A stretch of DNA of 12,621 nt from Aulosira sp. ZfuVER01 (lineage in GTDB: Bacteria > Cyanobacteriota > Cyanobacteriia > Cyanobacteriales > Nostocaceae): positions 1-12,621 of the forward strand of contig JAVRCV020000058.1 of the NCBI GenBank assembly GCA_034530615.2, in the 5' to 3' direction. Made by a program: the position numbers and the translations under genes. Below are positions 7,099 to 12,621 of the stretch, in pieces. The notes under the pieces were generated by a model. It did not search any database and was not told where the DNA came from. It worked only from the letters and a program-made list of their open reading frames with translations. The number at the start of each line of letters is the position of its first letter. Within the stretch, counting starts at the first letter, position 1.

Positions 7099-10000
7099 AT
7101 GAAATCCCAACAAGCAAACAGTAAGCCTAAAATTTTGGTTGTCGATGATGAGCCAGACAACCTTGACTTGCTTTACCGCACCTTTTATCGTGATTACAAG
7201 GTGCTAAGGGCAACTTCTGGTCCTGCAGCACTGGATCTGCTCTCCCAAGAAGGAGAGGTCTCAGTGATCATCTCCGATCAGCGGATGCCAATCATGAGCG
7301 GTACAGAATTTTTGAGTCTGACAGCGACTCAATATCCAGATATTATTCGGATTATCTTAACTGGCTACACCGATGTCGAAGATTTAGTGGAAGCCATTAA
7401 CGCTGGTAAGGTCTTCAAATATGTTACCAAACCGTGGGAAGCCGAGGAACTTAAAGCAGTAGTACGTCAGGCTCTTGATACTCACAATGTTCTCAAAGCC
7501 CGTACTCGTGAATTGACGCGCACACTGCGTCAGGAATCGCTGCTGAATACTGTTACTAATACGATTCGTAGTGCTTTAGACTATCGACAAATTTTACAAG
7601 CAATTGTCGATACAGTGGGTCATATGTTGGAAGTGGATGTCTGTCTTTTACGTCCTTTCCAAGATGGGCAATTGGTTGATGAAGGCTTCATTTACCAGAA
7701 GGTGCCTCAAGAGGTAGCAGGAGAGCTAGCAGATAATGTTTCTGCCTTACCTCTCGGTTCCTTTACCTCTCAAGCCCTATTGGCCCAGACAGTATGGGAA
7801 ACCCGTGAAGTACAAGTTATTCATCATGTTGCAGATGATGAACGCCTCCAAGGCGATACTCCACAACTGCAACAACGTAGCGCCGCTTTTATTGCAGCCA
7901 ACATAAACTCCAGCTTGGTTGTGCCGTTGATTTGTCAACAAGAACTGATGGCAGTTTTGGCATTGCATCAATGCTCCCAGTCTCGTATTTGGCGAGAAGA
8001 GGAAGTGCAGTTGGTGTTGATGGTGGCGGATCAGGCAGCTCTTGCTTTATCTCAAGCCTATACTTACGAACAGGTGCGTGCTCTTGCCATGCGAGAAGCA
8101 CTGATTAATACAATTACTACAGCGATTCGCTCTAGCCTAGATCCTCAAGATATTTTCGCAGCTATTACAGAACAACTGGGACAAGCCTTGCAAGTTAATG
8201 GCTGTGTCCTGTCTTTATGGACAGAAGAAGATGAGTTTGTTGAGTGTGTGGGATTGTATGACAGTTCCCAAAATTTAGAAAACACTATTAAATTAGAACA
8301 GGAAAAGCTATTAAGTAATAATCATCACTATTTGTCACCAGAATTACCCCACTCTCAGGCTCCAATTAAGGAGAATCCGATCCTGCAAGAAATTTTGCGG
8401 ACACAGGAGCCAGTGGTAATTGCTGACATGAGTCATTGTCCTGTAGAAATTCGGGGATTTGATCTGCCTTTAAAAATGCCAGCGCGATCGCTCATGGTTG
8501 TTCCTTTACTGGCTGATGGCAAATGTATCGGTAGTATTACGCTACGTGAAGGTAGCAAATCACGTCGATGGTTAGCTTCGGAAATTGAACTAGCTAAAGC
8601 CGTAGCAGCTCAAGCAGCGATCGCGGTGCAACAATCACGTCTATATCAAACAACTCGCGATCAAGCCGAGCGCTTGTTGCAATTAGATAAACAAAAAACC
8701 GAATTTTTTCAAAATATTTCCCATGAGTTCCGCACTCCGATTACCTTAATTCAAGGGCCTTTAGAGTCAGCGGTAAGTGTTGGTGAGGGGTTATCCTATT
8801 CCCAAAGTGCGATCGCTTTACGTAACTCCCGCCGATTACTCAGACTGGTAAACCAACTCCTAGATTTGCAACGCTTAGATGCTGGGAGGATGCAGCCTAG
8901 TTTCCGTCCCTGTGATTTAGATGAATTTGTCGGTCAAATTGTTGAATCTTTTCGCCCTTACTGCGAGAAAAAGGGACTGCATCTGGTCACAGATTTAGAT
9001 AAATGCCCTCAAGTTTACTTAGACATGGAAAAATTTGACAAAGTAGTTTACAACTTACTGTCAAATGCCATGAAATTCACTCCTGAAGGTGGCAAGATTA
9101 GCGTCAGGCTAATATCTCAAGGAGATAGTTGCATATTACAAGTACAAGATACAGGAATTGGCATTGTTCAAGAACAAATTCCTCACCTATTTGAGCGATT
9201 CCGCCAAGCTGAAGGCTCAGAAAACCGTTCCTATGAAGGTAGTGGTTTGGGTTTGGCTTTAGTCAAAGAATTGGTAGAAATGCACGGGGGTAAAATAACA
9301 GTAGAATCAGTTTACGGTGAGGGTACTAGCTTTACATTATGGCTTTTGATCGGTAGCAGTCACTTACCCGTACAGCAAGTACAAGAAACCCCTTGTGAAC
9401 TAAACACGAGCCGCGCCAGTGTGGAATTGGCTGATTTAGAACTAGTAGACCCAACCATAGAAAATCTTGATAGCTTTGCCAAAGACCTATCAGCTAATGC
9501 TGATACTCGGGAATCTCTAGGCAACAATAATGGCAGTCTCTTGAAGAGTGGACATTCAATTCTCGTCGTAGATGATAATCCAGACTTGCGAACCTATGTA
9601 TCTGATATCATTCGCAGCAATGGCTATCAAGTCCATACTGCTCGTAACGGTGCAGAAGGATTGCAGATAGCTCAGAAAGTCTTACCGAGTTTGATTATCA
9701 CTGACTTAATGATGCCCTTGGTCACAGGGCTAGAAATGATTCGGATGATCCGCAGTGAGGAGAATTTGAAAGGAACACCAATCATTTTGCTCACAGCCAA
9801 AGTTGATGAAGAAACCCGGATTGAAAGCACAGAACATGGTGCTGATGCTTATTTAGCCAAACCATTTAACGATCGCGAACTGCTGGCAGAAGTGAGAAAT
9901 CTCTTAGCCTTGAAAGAAAATGAGCGACGGGTGATAGAGTTAAATACTTATCTGACAGAATCGGTACTAAAACGCTTTTTGCCGCCTGTTTTGGTGAAAA

Positions 10001-10632
10001 AAGCCGCAGCCGGAGATTTGACCTTAGATTTACGACCAGAACCGCGCTTGATTACAGTTTTGTTTAGCGACATAGTTGGTTTTACCCAACTAGCAAATAC
10101 TCTCAGATCCCGACGAGTCGCAGAGTTACTGAATGAGTATTTGGAAGGGATGACAAAGACTGTGTTTGATAATGGCGGTACTGTAGATAAATTTATGGGA
10201 GATGCCATCTTAGCTTTATACGGAGCACCAGAAGAATTAACACCGAATGAGCAGGTGCGTCGTGCCATTAATACAGCAAGGGCCATGCATCGCTCGCTAG
10301 ATCAGTTAAATCAGCGTTGGCGAGACCAAGGTATATTCGACTCTCACGGACATACTGGTGTTAAGTTTCGTTGTGGTATCCATCAAGGTACGGCAGTTGT
10401 GGGAATGTTTGGTAGCGCCGAACGTGCTGACTACACTGCTATTGGCCCAAGTGTCAATATTGCTGCTAGGTTACAAGCTGCCGCTGTTCCCGGTACGATC
10501 TTAGTTTCTGCTGCTGTGGCAGATTATTTACAGGATGAAGAAATTACTAAAGTCAGTCCCTTAGAACTTAAAGGAGTAGATGAAACAGTTCTGACCTTTG
10601 CTGTTACACCAGAAATTATGGTTAATCGTTGA
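7099..10632 (+). CDS. cyaC: Multidomain sensory adenylate cyclase CyaC: REC-GAF-GAF-HisKA-HATPase-REC-class III cyclase
   Basis: REC1 ILVVDDE/IISDQRMP; two GAF domains (LVVPL...LALHQC, LMVVPLL...ITLRE); H-box NISHEFRTP; N, G1 and G2 boxes (NLLSNAMKFT, DTGIGI, GSGLGLAL); REC2 IITDLMMP; cyclase VLFSDIVGFT, DKFMGD, DYTAIGPSVNIAARLQ. AGGA lies upstream of the ATG. Confidence 0.95.
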   Translation: MKSQQANSKPKILVVDDEPDNLDLLYRTFYRDYKVLRATSGPAALDLLSQEGEVSVIISDQRMPIMSGTEFLSLTATQYPDIIRIILTGYTDVEDLVEAINAGKVFKYVTKPWEAEELKAVVRQALDTHNVLKARTRELTRTLRQESLLNTVTNTIRSALDYRQILQAIVDTVGHMLEVDVCLLRPFQDGQLVDEGFIYQKVPQEVAGELADNVSALPLGSFTSQALLAQTVWETREVQVIHHVADDERLQGDTPQLQQRSAAFIAANINSSLVVPLICQQELMAVLALHQCSQSRIWREEEVQLVLMVADQAALALSQAYTYEQVRALAMREALINTITTAIRSSLDPQDIFAAITEQLGQALQVNGCVLSLWTEEDEFVECVGLYDSSQNLENTIKLEQEKLLSNNHHYLSPELPHSQAPIKENPILQEILRTQEPVVIADMSHCPVEIRGFDLPLKMPARSLMVVPLLADGKCIGSITLREGSKSRRWLASEIELAKAVAAQAAIAVQQSRLYQTTRDQAERLLQLDKQKTEFFQNISHEFRTPITLIQGPLESAVSVGEGLSYSQSAIALRNSRRLLRLVNQLLDLQRLDAGRMQPSFRPCDLDEFVGQIVESFRPYCEKKGLHLVTDLDKCPQVYLDMEKFDKVVYNLLSNAMKFTPEGGKISVRLISQGDSCILQVQDTGIGIVQEQIPHLFERFRQAEGSENRSYEGSGLGLALVKELVEMHGGKITVESVYGEGTSFTLWLLIGSSHLPVQQVQETPCELNTSRASVELADLELVDPTIENLDSFAKDLSANADTRESLGNNNGSLLKSGHSILVVDDNPDLRTYVSDIIRSNGYQVHTARNGAEGLQIAQKVLPSLIITDLMMPLVTGLEMIRMIRSEENLKGTPIILLTAKVDEETRIESTEHGADAYLAKPFNDRELLAEVRNLLALKENERRVIELNTYLTESVLKRFLPPVLVKKAAAGDLTLDLRPEPRLITVLFSDIVGFTQLANTLRSRRVAELLNEYLEGMTKTVFDNGGTVDKFMGDAILALYGAPEELTPNEQVRRAINTARAMHRSLDQLNQRWRDQGIFDSHGHTGVKFRCGIHQGTAVVGMFGSAERADYTAIGPSVNIAARLQAAAVPGTILVSAAVADYLQDEEITKVSPLELKGVDETVLTFAVTPEIMVNR

Positions 10633-10707
10633 GAGTAGACTGGATTTTAAAGCGTTAATTTAGTAAAGGGTAATAGCGCAAAATTTAGATCCAGTTAGAA
10701 ATTCAAT

Positions 10708-11763
10708 ATGACACAATCGGTTGCAGATAAAACTTCAATTCTACCAAAGGACTGGAGAAGACATACAGATCCACCTAGTTTATGGATTGCTGTAGTCATA
10801 GGTTCAGTCACCCTGCACTTATTGGTGTTTTGGCTGTTACGCTCATATCAGTCAAGTTTACTATGGCGACAGCAAAACAAAAGTACTATTCCGATTGAGG
10901 TTGTAGAAATTTCTTCTCCAACGAAATTAAAAAAACCTGCGGCTTCTAAACCCAAATCATTATCATCAAAGCCTTTATCCACAAAATTAGAACCAAAACA
11001 TTTATCTAAACCTTTAGTTCCAGCAGATAAATTAATAACAAAACCCAACCCGACTAATCAAGATAACAATGCTGTAGCTTTTGCCGAGCAACGCCAGCGC
11101 CAATTGGCTGAACAACAGCAACGCGAACTCGCTGAACAGCGCCAACGACAACTGGCTGAACAACAGCAACGCCAACTCGCTGAGTACCGTCAACGGCAAC
11201 TAGCTGAACAACAGCAACGCGAATTGGCTGAGTACCGTCAACGACAACTAGCTGAACAACAGCAACGCGAATTGGCTGAGTACCGTCAACGACAACTAGC
11301 TGAACAACAGCAACGCGAACTAGACAAAAAATCTCCAGAAGAAGGTAGTCAAGAAAGGCTACCGCCTCCAAAAACTCAGTCTGGGGGAGGACTGTTTGCG
11401 TTCTGGGTTCCTATGAGTGAAGAGGAGCAGAGGGGATTGATGCGATCGCCTTTACCACCGGATTTGAAGCTAGCTGAACATATCGGCAGTAACGAAAAAA
11501 AAGTTGAGTCAATTGACATCAACCGCAACCTCGATCTTCCTGTAGTAGATTTTTTAGTATCCTTAGTCATTGATAACACTGGCAAGTTTATAGAAGCTGA
11601 GGTTATAGACCCAAAAATACCCGCAGACCAAAGAAGTAAGTATGAGGACTATGCTAACGATGTTTTTCAAGGTGAGAAATTTCAGCCAGCCTACTTCCCT
11701 GACGGCAAAACACCACCAGAATTAACCAATCGGTTTGTACGTCTCAAAATCGAACGCCGATAG
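10708..11763 (+). CDS. Membrane-anchored TonB/TolA-like protein with a Gln/Arg/Glu-rich helical repeat
   Basis: Single N-terminal TM helix with S-x3-H (IAVVIGSVTLHLLVFWLL), then IPIEVVEI, a Pro/Lys-rich linker, ten 8-aa repeats, and a C-terminal domain VSLVIDNTGKFIEAEV...FQPAY resembling TonB_C. Confidence 0.7.
   Translation: MTQSVADKTSILPKDWRRHTDPPSLWIAVVIGSVTLHLLVFWLLRSYQSSLLWRQQNKSTIPIEVVEISSPTKLKKPAASKPKSLSSKPLSTKLEPKHLSKPLVPADKLITKPNPTNQDNNAVAFAEQRQRQLAEQQQRELAEQRQRQLAEQQQRQLAEYRQRQLAEQQQRELAEYRQRQLAEQQQRELAEYRQRQLAEQQQRELDKKSPEEGSQERLPPPKTQSGGGLFAFWVPMSEEEQRGLMRSPLPPDLKLAEHIGSNEKKVESIDINRNLDLPVVDFLVSLVIDNTGKFIEAEVIDPKIPADQRSKYEDYANDVFQGEKFQPAYFPDGKTPPELTNRFVRLKIERR
11083..11322 (+). 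repeat. Coding tandem repeat: ten 24-bp units with a 48-bp higher-order period
   Basis: Units encode AE(Q/Y)RQRQL alternating with AEQQQR(E/Q)L. The last three 48-bp pairs (11179-11322) are nearly identical. Confidence 0.95.
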
Positions 11764-11777
11764 CTGGGACTAGGTAC

Positions 11778-11806
11778 TTGAATTATCATTAATGCTGTGC
11801 TAAACT
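11778..11806 (+). promoter_or_regulatory. Sigma70-type promoter of tRNA-Gly
   Basis: TTGAAT (11778-11783), 17-bp spacer, extended -10 TGcTAAACT (hexamer 11801-11806), ending 17 bp before the tRNA. Confidence 0.65.
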
Positions 11807-11823
11807 TTTAAAGTTGGCAATTT

Positions 11824-11894
11824 GCGGGCGTAGTTTAGTGGTAAAACTATAGCCTTCCAAGCTATTAATGCGGGTTCGATTCCCGCCGCCCGCT
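11824..11894 (+). tRNA. tRNA-Gly(TCC), CCA not encoded
   Basis: Acceptor stem GCGGGCG/CGCCCGC with discriminator T, D arm GTTT-AGTGGTA-AAAC, anticodon arm ATAGC-CTTCCAA-GCTAT (TCC at 11856-11858), T arm GCGGG-TTCGATT-CCCGC. Confidence 0.97.
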
Positions 11895-11902
11895 TAATCA
11901 GT

Positions 11903-11944
11903 AAAACCCCTGAAAGAATTACCTTTCAGGGGTTTTTTACTTTT
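11903..11944 (+). terminator. Rho-independent terminator, probably bidirectional
   Basis: Perfect 14-bp stem AAAACCCCTGAAAG/CTTTCAGGGGTTTT, 6-nt loop, T-rich tail. Confidence 0.88.
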
Positions 11945-11962
11945 GATCGATAGCTTATAATT

Positions 11963-11976
11963 AGTACATGAGTTCT
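11963..11976. promoter_or_regulatory. Cyanobacterial LexA-type box next to a TATAAT hexamer
   Basis: AGTAC-ATG-AGTTCT fits the Anabaena LexA consensus RGTACNNNDGTWCB; TATAAT lies at 11956-11961. Confidence 0.55.
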
Positions 11977-11992
11977 ACTTTTATTCCAAAAA

Positions 11993-12030
11993 TTGGGGCA
12001 GGTTGGGTTAGTTTGGGTGCGAATTGGGTG
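11993..12030 (+). repeat. Four phased TTGGG direct repeats
   Basis: TTGGG starts at 11993, 12003, 12013 and 12024 (spacing 10, 10, 11). Confidence 0.7.
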
Positions 12031-12335
12031 TAGCTTTAAATTTACTCAATTGCCGTATAGTCGTATGTGCTGGCGACGAAGACTTTGGTAAGCCCTATGC
12101 TTTGCGAGTTTTACATAGCCCAGCTTTAAAAATTCAGGACAACTATAATCCCAATCTTTGCGGCAAGGTCGGCAGACCACCAGTTAAACCTTCACCAGTC
12201 TGGATTGCTGATCTAGGCGAATACCAATTAGTGACGATTTTTGGCGCTATTAGCGACCCACGCAAAAAGTATTTAACTGAATTACGCGATCGCACTTCTG
12301 GTCAAAGCTACTTTCAAATTTATCCTTTAACTTAA
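12024..12335 (+). pseudogene. 5'-truncated gene remnant resembling the C-terminus of a cyanobacterial type III-B CRISPR RAMP protein (Cmr1 or Cmr6-Cmr1 fusion-like)
   Basis: No ATG or RBS: the TTG lies inside a TTGGG repeat and an in-frame TAG sits at 12009-12011. Protein-like sequence runs from NCRIVVC (~12048) and includes NLCG...KPSPVWIADLGEYQLVTIFGA...DPRKKYL. It stops 7 bp before the next ATG. Family assignment is from recall only. Confidence 0.5.
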
Positions 12336-12342
12336 TATCTCT

Positions 12343-12621
12343 ATGAAAGCCGTTTTAATTGCAACAATTGGTACTAGAGATTTAATGTTTCAAATTTCCT
12401 CTGGTACTTGGTATAACATTGGCGATGATCGAATGCAAAACGGAGAGATAATCGGCGAACAAGCAGAGGTAATTTCTGACCATAGGCTACATAATATCAG
12501 TTATCGAAATTTAATAAATATTTAGTAGATAAAATTACAATTTATCAACAGCGAGTTAAGCCAGTCATTATTGGTAAGCTACTTAGTGAAAAAGCCACAG
12601 ATATAGAGAAAGTCTATTTAA
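12343..12621 (+). pseudogene. Frameshifted CARF-like (CRISPR-associated Rossmann fold) gene, continuing beyond the window
   Basis: Starts MKAVLIATIGTRD. Frame 0 stops at 12523-12525, but the -1 frame from 12516 reads KYLVDKITIYQQRVKPVIIGKLLSEKATDIEKVYL open to the window end, implying a 1-nt deletion near 12514-12516. Confidence 0.6.

Larger units (their letters stand above)
661..12293. repeat. HIP1 octamer GCGATCGC, dispersed (11 copies found by eye)
   Basis: Copies start at 661, 1450, 1855, 2180, 3080, 3617, 8484, 8617, 8809, 11442 and 12286. This is an established cyanobacterial signature. Confidence 0.9.

Noticed and set aside
3625..8483. HIP1-free stretch as a sign of foreign DNA
   Set aside because: Much of it is AT-rich intergenic DNA, it includes the 5' part of the native cyaC gene, and near-HIP1 sites occur (e.g. 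GCGATCGG at 5767).
7777..10286. Antisense ORFs inside cyaC
   Set aside because: Shadows of a well-supported gene.
11083..11322. 24/48-bp repeats as a CRISPR array
   Set aside because: In-frame coding repeats with no spacers.
10848..11585. Three antisense ORFs, including the VVQLVVVDGTQP repeat
   Set aside because: Reverse-strand shadows of the TonB/TolA-like gene and its repeat.
11895..12050. Tn7-like or CAST transposon end next to the tRNA
   Set aside because: No TGT-initiated end with repeated ~20-bp TnsB sites is visible, and no tns or cas12k gene is in the window.
7099..12621. CyaC supplying the signal for the CARF-like protein as a new cyclic-nucleotide defence system
   Set aside because: CyaC is a widespread class III cAMP cyclase, CARF domains typically bind Cas10-made cyclic oligoadenylates, and a tRNA plus strong terminator separate the two. 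Adjacency is better explained by insertion at the tRNA.

Overview
Filamentous cyanobacterial (Nostocales-like) chromosomal DNA, judged from 11 HIP1 octamers (GCGATCGC), heptameric STRR repeats and gene content. In order: the 3' end of a Pro/Asn/Gly-repeat protein, glutathione reductase (gor), a YqiA-type esterase, hisC, a degenerate Crp-like protein (-), a GNAT acetyltransferase (-), a 1.25-kb divergent intergenic region holding nested 24-bp repeats, the sensory adenylate cyclase cyaC, a TonB/TolA-like membrane-anchored repeat protein and tRNA-Gly(TCC) with its promoter and terminator. Right after the tRNA the sequence looks like the edge of an accessory island: a LexA-type box, four helically phased TTGGG repeats, a 5'-truncated ORF resembling the C-terminus of a type III-B CRISPR RAMP subunit, and a frameshifted CARF-like gene running off the window. 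The Cas/CARF, Crp-like and TonB-like calls come from motif recall, not from searches.
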